Of a DNA stretch of 64,000 nt, positions 1 to 11,365 are shown one piece after another. A program made the translations under genes and the position numbers. Within the stretch, counting starts at the first letter, position 1. Each line of letters starts with the position of its first letter. The notes beneath the pieces were generated by a model. It ran no database searches. It saw only the letters and a program-made list of their open reading frames with translations, and was not told the origin of the DNA. Source of the DNA: Amoebophrya sp. A120 (lineage: Eukaryota; Protista; Dinoflagellata); the NCBI GenBank assembly GCA_905178155.1, contig CAJINV010000009.1:248001-312000 (forward strand), read 5' to 3'.

Positions 1-1837
1 GACAACGGGCGCGTGCCGGGGGATGGCCTGCTGGGAGACGACTGGCTCGTCACAGAAAAGGACCTACACAAAATCCGCGATCAGGGGGTGGCCAGCATGC
101 TCCAAAAGGGAGGGCGGATGGTGACGAACGTGGAAGTGACTGCCGCCGGGGAGTCGAATCCCATGTGAGGGGCGCGGATGATTTCATTTTCCGGCGTGCA
201 TTTTCCTGAGGAGGACAAAAGGCCGGCGGGCGAGCCAAATCATGACAGCTTGTTAAGCAGAAGTACGGGTGTACCACAAGCACAACCACTGTAAGAAACA
301 GGAGCCGATTTATTGCGAAGACGTCTGTTTTGTGAACAACATTGACCGAGTTGGGTTTTTTCATTTGTTTAAAAAGTAATTACTTACATCATTTCATTCA
401 CTTTCACTAGTACATGCCTTGCCAGCACACTGCTGAAATTCGGGAGTTCTAACATTTGTATAGTATTTCAAATTATTCAATTCCTTTACTTTTACACATC
501 ATTTACATTCGACCAAAATTTGGGAATTTCACGAGATTTTAAAACTTTGTTTTCTACGACCTCAAAACTAACATGGAGAAATCTGTCGCACTCACAGTCT
601 AGTATCGTCCAAAGTACTTTGTATTTCGTCAAATTTTGAAAATTTTTTTCGCTCGATGTACAGTAACGATTGACGAATTTCTTTCTTGAGAAGGAGCTGA
701 AAAAGTGTGGAGGAAGCCGAAGAGGAAGAACCGTACGCTCCTCGCCTCATAATGTATCAATCATTATATTCCAGCTGCGGAAGAAAAGCGCAAGCGAGTA
801 CTTATACATAGTGGTGCTCGTAGTACTAGACTTGCGCCGAGACCAGATGACTGACGGCGGCGTTCAGGCGTTTCTTCGAACGCCTTTCGCTTCAACGCCA
901 GGAGCAAAAGGGAAACATTATGCACACACTTCTTCTCATGCTTTTATTTTCCTTCTATTTTCGCGGAAGTAGCGGATTTGAGATGAAATGCGTTTTCTGG
1001 GCGGCGCGAGCGCAAGCTGCATCTCTGCCCCTCCCTTGTTCGCTGTGCCAGTTTTCTGTCGCATCAGGAATAGGATGCGAAACAGCCGCAGCTGGCAAAA
1101 CCCCGAAGCATACCACGCTCGTGGTACCGAATTGGTTTTCTCTTTTCCGAATGCGAATGGATCAGCGTGCTCCGGCGGATCTTCTTGTTGATCCATTGTG
1201 ACAAAAAACTAAAACAGTCAAGTAGCTAGTGGCACGTCTACATTCAGTAGAACATGTCAAGATCTCGATCATTTTTCGAAGGCGATCTGAAGTGTACATA
1301 GTGATGTATGGTTGTATGTTCTTCTTTTCATGTGGTTGTGCCTGACCACAAGCTAGAGTTATGACCGGCTACTTCGATTTCGCTCGTTTTTTTGAGTTCA
1401 CTGTGATTGAAATTGGTGTAGGAACGATCTTTGTTATTCTTTCTTGGTGCGGAGGAATAGTACAAACACAAAGAGTGAGAAGCTCTTCCTATTACAACAT
1501 GATGTTGTTGCTAGTTGTTTGCATCCAAACTTTGTAAAGAAGAGCTACGCAGTCGCGGTCGCGATGCCTGCAAAATCCGTATCGTTTCCTTGCAATTTTC
1601 CGTCTGGTGATAGTGATTTCGGTTTGAGTCCGTGGTCCTGACAGGCAGAAAATTTTAGTATTGAATCACTGAGAACCAGAACGCATGCCGATGAAGGTCT
1701 TGGAAGCCCCGCGTCAGTATATTTTTTTTTGCGCTCGGCAAGACAGAGCCGCATTTACACTTTGCATGAAGCATATCCTTTTGCGATGAAAGGCACTCTT
1801 TACGTCTTTATTCCGAAGCGCAGGCCTATTCGTCAAG

Positions 1838-4800
1838 ATGCTCTTCGCGCTTCTCGCCTCTGAGTGCTGGAAGGACACCTGGGGTCCGCATAATTTTGCT
1901 CGCTGTTGCTATGTGTTGAAGCGTGGATCTCAAACTCCCTACTCTGTGACGTTTCCTAGTTTGTCATGCTTGTTGCAGTGTTTGTGTTTCAATATCAAGC
2001 AGTTCGAGAGCAGTTTCTGGCTCACCTTGGTAGCTATTACAGTACCGAAGAAGCTTGCGCCATATTGTGTTTCAATATCAATTTCATGTTCATCAGACCT
2101 GCATATGATAATAAATTATCAGCCGTTGGAGAGCACCTGCACCATGGACAAAAATACTGTGAGAAGGAAGGAGTTTGATAATTTTCACCTTTAGTTTACC
2201 CTGGACCAGAGCGTGGCGAGTCAAATCGGGTGTTGGGACCACCTGGGCGATGATGCCGATGCCATCGATATCCTGTTCAAAAACGTCCCCACCCTATCGT
2301 CAAGTTGGGAAATCTGCAAGACAAACCAGCAAGCGTTGGGCGTTGCGCATGACAAGTTCTTTGGCCTCGTAGTGTAATCCTGTTTGGAAAGTTCAGCAGC
2401 GCCACAGATCTAGCACATCATGGCGATTGGAGCATGACAAATTTTCGCAGTACGACTAGAAAAAGGCTCTCCCGGGGCTCCGCATGAGAAACATTTTGAG
2501 CATGCAGATTTGCATTACAGGGGGGGGCGTTTTATTTACATAGGATAATCGACAAGTTCTACAACCGATGCTGTTTGAACCACCCAGTTGACGCCAACGA
2601 GAAGGCCTCGTCGGACGAACAGTTGATTCTGTTAGAAGATCCGCGAGGTGCTGAAGAAAATGATGGCGACGAAGCGAAGAATATTCACAATGCAGATTTA
2701 CCGGGAGATCGCGAGCAGCAGGCTGGAAGTGGAACTAGAAGCACGGCAGAGAAAAATAAAGTGCGAGAAACGCCGGGATTGTCCATAGAGCTGCGAGACG
2801 TGGTAACGTACCCGCTGGTCCTGTCCCGGCAAGAGACGTTGGCTTTGCTTCTCGCCGACCCCGACCAAGCAACTTGTGGCTGTCGGGCGCAGGATGCCTG
2901 GAGCTACTACGACGAGGCGACTGGCGAAGAAGATGCTGCCGCCGGCGCCTTCGGGATATTGCAAGACTTACGGGGTGAGAAGCGAAATCCCATTCCGCCA
3001 GAGGAGGATCACGAGGATCGAAGCCCTTCGGGTTCGCAGCTGGCCCGTCCGGCCGTTCAAGACGACCGGTTTTTCTGCAAACTGCATCGCCGACTGTCGA
3101 TGACTGAGGGAATTCCCTCCGAGATGGTCTTATGGGGAGGAACTCTGTAGACTTTTTAGTTTTTTCTGCCTGCGCAACAACATCTGAGCTGTATCAATAT
3201 TGCAGTTGCAGTCGCACTCGCACCTCGGTTAACTTACATACTTATAAGCATACGGCCTATCTATGTAGTCCTAGTCGCTGCAACATTCGTTGATCTCTAT
3301 CTCCAATGGCGATGGCCGCAGGAGCTCTGTACTTGTGATGTGCCTTCAGATAGATACATACGTGTACGAAACGGTACTAGTTGCAGGATTCAGTACAGAG
3401 TTTTTCACTGGAAAATTACCGGGAACTTTTCGAGGAGATTAGCATTGCAGAAAAAGCCGACTGTCCCTTCGGTTTCCTCGCCCTGATTCTCGCAATCGCC
3501 CAAACGAGAGCGTTTTACTTCAAAAATCCCCTGGACTCCCCGGCTTTTGTCTATGCCGAGAACGCCCTTTTCGTTTTGCTCATGAAAGTCAAGTTTTTGT
3601 ACAACGGGACTGGCAGGAAAACAAAAAAGAAGAAGAAGAAGTCGACGCCACCCTCGTCACCCAAAGGGGGGCCGCAAAAGGCCGTCGATAATACACTTCA
3701 CCGACGAGGAGTACCAGATGGGCAAATTTTTCTGAAGCCGCTGCTTGAATCGGGATGGGACTTCTTCCACTTCATCGACCTGATGCGGCAGCACTACATC
3801 CAAAACATCGGCATTCAGCCAGGTTATCTGGATTGGGAATGCATGGACGTGGACGTCCACCGTGAGGAATTCATGTTCCAGAACTTCGCCGCCTCGAACC
3901 AGGAGATGATGATGAGCCTGCACGCGAACAGAGATATCAACGCCGACAAAGCAACTGCTAATAATCCGGAAGAAGCAGAAGGGGACGACGGGATATCAGC
4001 GGGGAAAAGAGAATTTAGAAGTACTACACCTCCAAAAACAGTAGTACCTGCAAGTAGTGTACAACAAGTACTAGAAGCTGCCGCGACATCAACTGCTTTC
4101 CGTTCCGCACGAGGAGAAACCACGACCGCGGGAGCAGCTGCTACGGACGGAGCCACATCGCAAAAATCCTCAACTCTGCCTGTCAGCTTGGAAAAGACCT
4201 TTCTTTTGCCTCCGCAGCAGGATGTTTTCTTCGTTCGAAACCAACTGAGTTTTTTGTTGCGGGAGGTCGCCGGTGGCGTACTGAAAAATGGAGTTCTCGT
4301 GAGGACAGCAGGTGAGGCTGGAGCTGCTGTAGATGCTGTAGACGAGGAAAACACTTCAAGTGTCTTCAAGCTCTCTCTACTTTCAACTTCCAGCCTATAT
4401 GACGCAGTGCAGACTGTCACCGAGCCGCCACGCAGCCTGTGGAACATTTGGAAAGACTTCACACACATATCCCCGGAACAGGTACCACATCGCGGTTTAG
4501 AATGGGGAAAGCGAATGTTCGACCTGAAGAACGAGAAAAACGTGCGAAAAAACTACAACAAATTGCCGAAAAGCGGCGGAGAACAGCTGCAGGTCTCCAT
4601 TCTAACTAGTTTAGTCGCGGAGCAGCAAAAGACCGAGGGCATGCTCGTCAGAAAGGAAGCAGGTGGCGAGGAGCAACGGGCGACACAGCGCGTCGAGTCT
4701 TCAAGAGATGAACATCAAGAAGTTGCTGCACAAAGTGCAACTAGAACACGATCGGAGCTGCAGCACGAAGCAGAACAGAACCAGCCTAAGGCATGCTATT

Positions 4801-7800
4801 TCATTCACGCGTATGTGATGTTTCAGATGTTTCAGAACCTCGAGGCTACAGCGGACGTCGGGCTAAACGCGTTGGCCATGTTTCACCTTGGTGAGAACTA
4901 CCTAACGGAGCAACTTCTGTTCACAAAAACAACGGCGCATTTGCTCTCGCTAAAACACGCGAAAAATGACCAAGACCTACAAGCAGGAGAAGAAACCGAA
5001 ACCGAAAGTAAGTCGGTGTTTCAGTCCCGTCCCAATGCTCTGGTCGTGGAATTGCGGAAAGGGGTGGCAGTGACATTACATAGTTCACCCTCTACTTCTG
5101 ATTCTGAAGACGATAGTGAAGACTCTGCTGCTGCTGTTGGGTCGCCACTGCTCCATCTGGAGGCTGTTGGTGACACCTCTGTGCTGGCACCGTTGGAAGA
5201 TATTTTGTCGGATGGCACGAGGACACGAAAAGCTGCAACCAGTGCGAGTAGATCCCTGCGCCTGCGCGGGTTTCCGGTATCCTGTGTAAAAACGTCCCCA
5301 CCCCATAGTCAAGATGGGGATTTTGCAACACAAACCTAGGAGTTTTGGGAGTCGCGTATGACAAGTTGCACTCCGTAGTGTAGTGCAGGTTAGCAAGTGC
5401 AGCCGCATCACAGATCCATCTGCTCATCCTGTTCTCAGCATCACAAATTCCAAAACACGATTGGAAATGTCTACCATGGGTATGCGCGTCGCAACTGTCT
5501 TTGTCATTGCAAATCTGCATGACAACTCTTTTCACCCCCTCCCCGGGGGGAATATAAATTCGGGCGCACTGACAAAAAGAGGCGGAACACAGCGAGGAGA
5601 GTTGCCTCGCTGTCGTTACCGACCCAAGAAAGATCCGTATCGTAGACGTACGCACACTGTGCAAAAGACCCGGCAGCTTTTTTTTTCGGCTGTCCCCCAC
5701 TTATTAGATTGTCGGCAAAAGTTTAGGGATAGCGTTACTCCATTGCCGCCTTCGCGATATTTTTTTTAGCGGACCCCGCACGTACGATATCCCTGATGCG
5801 TTTCCCGCTTGGCATTAAACATCCCTGACTCAAACACATATACACCCCTCGGTATGGCACACCTCATCTGCCTAGTCGCCCCTAGGCAGGTGCAGGGATT
5901 TTCTGTGTGGGCTTTTTGTGCTTAATTATTCCAACAGGGGCTGAGTCTTTTTTTTCTGCCTTGCCAGCAGAGTTGTACATGTGGGGGGGAATAGACGGAA
6001 GTGGCGCGAGATCTTGGTGAAGGAGCAGGCGACAAGAGCGGAAATTGTACAAATCAAAAAAAAATATGTAAAGATGGCGCGCACGCGCTCTGCTTAACTG
6101 TGTGAAAGGTGTCGGCCCTGTTTGACCTGCTGCGGCAGGCAGGTGAATTCGTAGAACTGCTTCACATGTTAAGTAACGTCCACTGGCCTCCTAAAATAGT
6201 GATGAATTTATTTGCGAAAAAACCCTCCTGCTATTCCTCCCACAGCACAGCACGTCCGCCGCGGCTTCCGGCTATAGACGTTAGCTATGGCAGAGTTTGC
6301 CGAGTCGCAAAAATATTGCGAGTTGCAAAATATTTTGCGTTGCAAAGTAGTTGGGCGATGAAAGTTGGGAGCTGGGCGATGGGAGTTGGAAGTGGGCGCC
6401 GGGAGTTGGAAGCTGAGCGATGGGGGTGGTGGCGAGTTGGGTGATGGGATTTGGGCGGTGGGCGGGGAGCGATTTCGCAAATCGCGAAAGTTTTGGAAAG
6501 TTTGAAAATTGCGAGAAAAGTTTCGGCGTGGGCGATTTTCCCCCCCGTCGCAAAGTTTTAACTCACACCGCTCAGCAATAGGAGTTATATCTTGGGGATT
6601 TTCTATGCCTATGCGTGTGTCCGGTCCGAGCTCGAAACAAGGGCTCAGGGGTGGCCCCCCTGTAAGCATGCGGGTTTAGGGTTTACATTTGTATGGACCA
6701 ATGCGGCACATCCATCGACTTTCCTGGCAGTGTCGACCTGCTGTACACGGCGCAACCCCCGCGAATCACGAGCGGGGTGCGCATCTTTCGCAGCCGCCGC
6801 GCGTGAGGCTAACTATCGGGCTTCGGCAAAAGCGCACTCAGTCATGATCTTCTACTTGCCGGCCATCTTCTTGCCGCCGCCCCTGCCGCTAACTTTCGGA
6901 TACCACTCCGGCTTCCAAGCACGGCGTGGACCTGATGTTATCTCGATGTCCACCCGCTGGCGCGGCTGCCCCCGTGGATGTGGTGCAAGACCTTCCCATG
7001 TTTTGCAACACGCACGTGGCGGCAGAAGCATCAGCGCATAAAGATGTCAAGATGATAGAAGGTCCGCACCAGCGGACCAGCACGGGTAACAGCCGCCCCG
7101 CGCAACGGATGGATCGTGGGTTCAGCGGTCCCGTCCCCCCGTTTTTGTTTATCTCTAGTTTTTTAGAAATTCTACTATCTTCGAGCACAGACATCTTATG
7201 AATTCCGCTGGAGGCATCGGCGGTAGCTGCACCAATCGCCCGGCGTATTTTGAAAAACAAAAGTCCCACGGCAGTATGGGTCATAACTTGTTCGATTCAG
7301 GGCGCGCGGCTACTAAATGCCACCGGTGGGGTTCTAGATGTAGCGCCGTTTCGTCATGGGCTCGATATTCGACGGGAGCGAGAAAGTGAGGAGCTGGCTG
7401 GTCGCGGCGCACTTGGCACGAGTATTTCCGTGACATGATGGCCGGGACGGTCGTTGCTGATTCCGCTCGAGATTTTTCAACATTGAAGTTGCGAAAACTC
7501 TTTTGCATGACCTTCGCGTAGTACCACCGAGATACGAACCGTCATAGGCTTGCGAATTCTTTTTCAAAAAAACTTTTGCTACAGTTTCGCGCGGCGGCTT
7601 CCCGTGTGTAGGTTTATTCTCGACCATATCACCTCCCCGCTATTCGTCCGACAGCATAGCACGTCCGCCGCGGCTTCCGGCTGTAGACGTTAACTATATC
7701 GTGGGGATTTTCTATGCGTGTGTCCGGTCCGAGCTCGAAACAAGGGTTCAGGGGTGACCCCCCGGTAGGCATGCGGGTTTAGGGTTTACATTTGTATGGA

Positions 7801-10377
7801 CCAATGCGGCACATCCATCGACTTTCCTGACAGTGTCGACCTGCTGTGCACGGCGTAACCCCCGCGAATCACGAGCGGAGTGCGCACATCCGAATCCCGA
7901 ATCCGAAAAACAGTGTAGGGCTTTAGGGTTTTGAATATTTTGATTTTGTATCTCCCACTGCTGCATGAACCTGCTGCAAGAACTTGTCATGCAAAACAAC
8001 CTTCGGGTTGTTCCCGCGCTTCAGGAGTAGTCCTGTTGCGTGAGGGCGGCAGAAGATGAAAGATGTTGTTGATTTAGGGGGTTGAAAATGTTTGTACATG
8101 TGTGATGCAAAAGACAAAGAAATTTCGCGCGTGGGAGCGCATTATTAAGCACAACGGGCGGGTACCGTTCCCGCCGTCACACAATCATGGAAAATTGAAA
8201 ATTGAAAAAAACAGCGTGGGGCCCAATGAAAAAAAAAAATCTGCATGACAACTGTGGAGTGGCCGGGAGATGATGGTGATGGCACTTTGGTGTCCGCCTG
8301 AGCCACCCGCCCTGCGTCTCAAGCCATCTGCGGCCATGGGACAATGGGGGGGCAAAGTGTTTCGCATTTTGTTTAGCATGACAACTCTGGAGTGGGGACG
8401 TTTTTCCTCAGGATATCCTTTGCCAGATATTCTACGGAAGCTGCTGTACACCTCGATCAATATCAACGGCATTCTCGCTATGGAAGCGCCAGGATTGAAA
8501 TCGTGAAAGTTGAAATAGTTTCTTGTGATGCGTAAAATGCAACCCACAAAATGCCTGTCTTGCAGAGTAGGCAAAGGAGGCAGATTGTAAGCCTGTTGAG
8601 GGGTAGAAGTAGAGCTGCTAAAGTAGCATGACAAAAGGCGTCTTCCTTACTGAAACAGCATTACAAACAGGATCTCGGTTCTACCCAAATTTGTCATGCG
8701 CCACTTGAAAACTAGGCGCCAACTGGTATCCGTTTTTTGCATTACAAATTATTTCAACTTTGTCGATTTCAATCCTGACACTCCCATACTCGCGCAACTT
8801 TCCCAGTGCCGGCGGGTCTGGGTGAGCGACGGGGGGCGGAAGGAACCCGGGTACAGCAAGCCGAGCAACCATTTGGTGCAGCAGGCGCGCCCACCAAGGT
8901 ACTTCCGCATGCAGGTGTTTCCGCACCGCGAGCTCGCTTCCAGTTACATCCGGTACAAAAAAGAGCCGTTTTGCAACATGGATCCCTTTCGGGAGATTCT
9001 GCAAACCGTTTCCGCGGACGAGCCGCTGCGGATTTCGGAGGGCGGCGCGCACTTGGGCGACTGCGCGCTCCTGGCCGCGAGCCTACTGCCCACCGCCCGC
9101 ATCACGGCGATCGAACCGCTGCCGGACGCGTCCTTTCTGTTGCAGAATTCCGTGCTTTTGAACGAGCGGCTGGACTTTCCGAATCGCTTGCACGTGGTGA
9201 AGGCGGCCTTGGACGACGGCACGGTGCGGAAGCTGCAGCTCACCCACTTGCCCGGCCGCTCGGCGTCCGCATCGGCAAACGACGGGAATTATGTCTGGAA
9301 TTGCAACAAAAACACGCCGGAGCACCTGTGCCGGAGGCACGACGTCGAGGTCTTGAAACTGGATGAGGTGATTGATTTCGCGCACGTGGTGAAGCTTTCT
9401 ATCCAGGGCAACGAGATCGCGGCCTTGCGGGGGAGCAGCGAGCTCATGCAGCGGTTTGACGTCTGCAGCTGGTTTTTCTACTTCGGCAAGGTGAACTTGG
9501 GCACCAGGGTGGTGGTGAAAGTGGATACGACTACATCTGGTAATTATTCGCAGTTGACCACGTCGGCGGAATCGTTGAAAGCAGACGGTAATGCAGCGGA
9601 GAAGGAGGACGGCCTTGCGGAGGAGAGACAAAAGCGGTTGAATCTGACGGTGCACTATCCTTTCCCAACCTGGTTCATGTCCTCGCGGAGCGATGTTGAA
9701 CTACACCAAGAAAGTAGTACAAACTTCGAAGAAGCACCTGCCAAGGAGTCGTTCGTACAATTGCGAGATTGTGCCACCACGGCGCAAAACGTCAAGAACA
9801 AGGCAGAGAACCCCGAGAACACCTCCCAGGAAAACGCAAGCTACGCGCGCTGCGTCTCGGTAACCGCTTCGGAGGAACTGTGGAGGTTGTTGGCAACGAT
9901 GGACCTGTACTACGTCAATTACGCGAAGAAGTTGGTTACCGCGAGGCGGATCGAGAACGCGTTTGACTTGCACTTGACCATGCAGGCGAACTTGAACCTC
10001 CTCGACGTGGACGAGGACGCGTTTTGGAAGGAGTACCTGATTATCAAATGTAAAAATGTCTGGGTCTGGAAACTTGTAATGCTGGGTGGCGTCTCATGAT
10101 GAGGCTACAAATGCTGGCTCAGCATGACAAGTTTCTGAGCTCCTAGGTGTTGCCTATTCTGCATGACAAACTGCGCTTCTGCATCACAGAAGCGCGTAGC
10201 TCTTGGGTAACGTGCGTGACAGATTTAAGAGTCATGCCAGACAAGCATGACAAACATGAATTCTTCCAGACCCAGACATTTTTACACTTGATACTGATCG
10301 CCACACAGAAGACCGGCCTGAACAAGCGATGCGTCAAGTTCGTCACCCATGTGTGGAGGCAGTTTCGCTTGATGTAA
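1838..10377 (+). CDS. Large (~1332 aa) probably secreted protein with N-terminal CW...CC motifs and a C-terminal FkbM-family SAM methyltransferase domain; predicted exons 1838-1912, 2195-2268, 2553-3126, 3387-5277, 8421-8478, 8794-10041, 10299-10377
   Basis: FkbM motifs in ORF 8696-10099: ISEGGAHLG, AIEP, HVVKAAL, LKLDEV, VVKLSIQGNE. Exon lengths sum to 3999 nt with no internal stop when two GT-AG introns (1913-2194, 3127-3386) and four TIR elements plus one TSD each are removed. Exact junctions within the TSDs are ambiguous. Confidence 0.7.
2269..2547. mobile_element. Introner/MITE-like non-canonical intron, family B (279 bp), TSD ATCGA
   Basis: Left end TATCCTGTTCAAAAACGTCCCC; right end GGGGCGTTTTATTTACATAGGATA (inverted). 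ATCGA at 2264-2268 and 2548-2552. Removal gives in-frame ...DAIDKFYNRCC... Confidence 0.9.
6224..6783 (+). repeat. LTR-like ~255-bp direct repeat, copy 1 (interrupted by element 6286-6580)
   Basis: Aligns colinearly with 7632-7886 (e.g. CACGTCCGCCGCGGCTTCCGG, GTCCGAGCTCGAAACAAGGG, GGACCAATGCGGCACATCCATCGACTTTCCTG). Confidence 0.9.
6286..6580. mobile_element. TAT...ATA element (295 bp) inserted in repeat copy 1; internal AGTTGGG-like tandem repeats
   Basis: Ends TATGGCAGAG / CTCAGCAATA (8/10 inverted). Absent from repeat copy 2, which reads GACGTTAACTATATC. Copy 1 has element plus 5 extra nt (TTAGC...GGAGT). Confidence 0.8.
7632..7886 (+). repeat. LTR-like direct repeat, copy 2 (empty site); contains GGGTTTAGGGTTT
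   Basis: Direct alignment to 6224-6285 plus 6586-6783. Confidence 0.9.
8479..8788. mobile_element. Introner/non-canonical intron, family C (310 bp), TSD CTCGC
   Basis: ~55-bp TIR: TATGGAAGCGCCAGGATTGAAATCGTGAAAGTTGAAATA / TATTTCAACTTTGTCGATTTCAATCCTGACACTCCCATA. CTCGC at 8474-8478 and 8789-8793. In-frame NGILA|QLSQCRR after removal. Confidence 0.92.
10042..10293. mobile_element. Introner/non-canonical intron, family A (252 bp), TSD CTGAT
   Basis: 30-bp near-perfect TIR TATCAAATGTAAAAATGTCTGGGTCTGGAA / TTCCAGACCCAGACATTTTTACACTTGATA. CTGAT at 10037-10041 and 10294-10298. Removal gives KEYLIATQKTGL...FRLM*. Confidence 0.95.
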
Positions 10378-11365
10378 AAACCGGATTCCACGACCACGCT
10401 GGTGGGGAGGTGGGGTACTAAGTAGGAAGATGAAGCTCCGCTTGGCTCTGTGGGCTGCTCTAGAAGCATCACAGAGTCAGCTGCGACCGGGTAGTGCAAG
10501 CTGGCGTTCAAAAACTAGAACATATGACAGTGTTGAGCAAGAATCCTTGGTGGCCAATGGACTAGTCGGCCCCTGCACGTAAAGGTGCATGCACACATAG
10601 TGAAACAGTGACATACAGTAAGGGAAGGCGTTCCAGTCTTGTAAAGTAGCTTCTTGCAAGAGGAGCAAGAGCATCGCAGTCGCTGTTTGCAGCTATCCGT
10701 CTACTGCTCGTTTAAAACGTGTCACAAGGACGCGAAAGCGTTTCGAGCAGAAAGGTTCGTCAGAAACGGAGGCACGAGGACAGCAGTTTTGCTTTTGCAG
10801 TCTAAATGGAGTGTGGGAAGTTTTTGAAAAAGAGGCGTGTATATTCGGGTACAGAACGAGGATCCGGACGTAAGGAATTGATCCATCGTATTCCTTTTCG
10901 CATGAATTTGGTGCTGCTGTACAATCAGAAGGTCCCGCTTTTCGCACCACCGCATTGTCGTCTCATTCGTGTATATCTATCACCCCCGCGCAGATCAGGT
11001 GTCGTTTGGACATTCTTAACGAAATTGTCGAATAGATTCGTCAAGTTGCAGCGCTGCGTCGCACCACGAGGCAATCACGAAGTAAGTACTTTAATGCAGT
11101 ACGCACTCGCACAGGCACTACATTAATACTCACAGCTAGAACATGATCACTTTCACACTGAGTAACTAGGTCGTGAGTTGTTGTCTGAATGCTTGTTTTC
11201 TCGGCAGATACAGCTATGAGCATGAAGTCAAATGACTAAGACATTGACTTCTTTCTTCGTGTAGTTTCGTTCCAATGGTCGCCTCATCAAAGGCCTTAGT
11301 ACCAGCAGAATATTTGATCGCACAACTGCAAAGTTGAGAATCAACCTACCAAACAGAATACCAGA

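Larger units (their letters stand above)
5528..8239 (+). mobile_element. ~2.7-kb non-coding insertion flanked by a 17-bp direct repeat and ending in an A11 tract (retroposition-like)
   Basis: AAATCTGCATGACAACT at 5511-5527 and 8237-8253; A-run at 8229-8239; no convincing ORF inside. Confidence 0.55.
5278..8415. mobile_element. Composite family-B introner expanded to 3.1 kb by nested insertions
   Basis: Left TIR TATCCTGTGTAAAAACGTCCCCACCCC; right TIR GGAGTGGGGACGTTTTTCCTCAGGATA. Flanks TCCGG/TCCTT. 5278-5529 aligns with element 2269-2547. Removing element+5 nt joins LRGFP to (V/L)PDILRKLLY in frame. Confidence 0.8.

Noticed and set aside
1-1800. Short ORFs in the first 1.8 kb
   Set aside because: No coding bias or recognisable motifs; likely intergenic or UTR.
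1984-2180. 16-bp direct repeat TGTGTTTCAATATCAA and a TATCAA...TTGATA mini inverted pair in intron 1
   Set aside because: No TSD, and removal on the introner rule from 1910 gives a stop; treated as local intron duplication.
3127-3405. Short inverted repeat AACTCTGTA/TACAGAGTT suggesting another introner
   Set aside because: No TAT/ATA ends or 5-bp TSD, and a phase-0 GT-AG intron (3127-3386) explains the join.
6340-6470. CRISPR-like array
   Set aside because: Degenerate AGTTGGG microrepeats inside a MITE, with no repeat-spacer structure, no cas genes and a eukaryotic context.
6672-6686. AAACCCTAAACCC (minus strand) as a telomerase RNA template
   Set aside because: It occurs in a duplicated repeat inside mobile DNA and no supporting structure is recognisable.
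7949-8140. Possible decayed introner (TATCTCCCAC...GTGGGAG) within the big intron
   Set aside because: Only 7 bp of inverted match, with no ATA end or TSD.
8696-8788. N-terminus of ORF 8696 (MRHLKTRRQ...) as the real start of the methyltransferase
   Set aside because: It lies inside the TIR element 8479-8788; true coding sequence resumes at the TSD.
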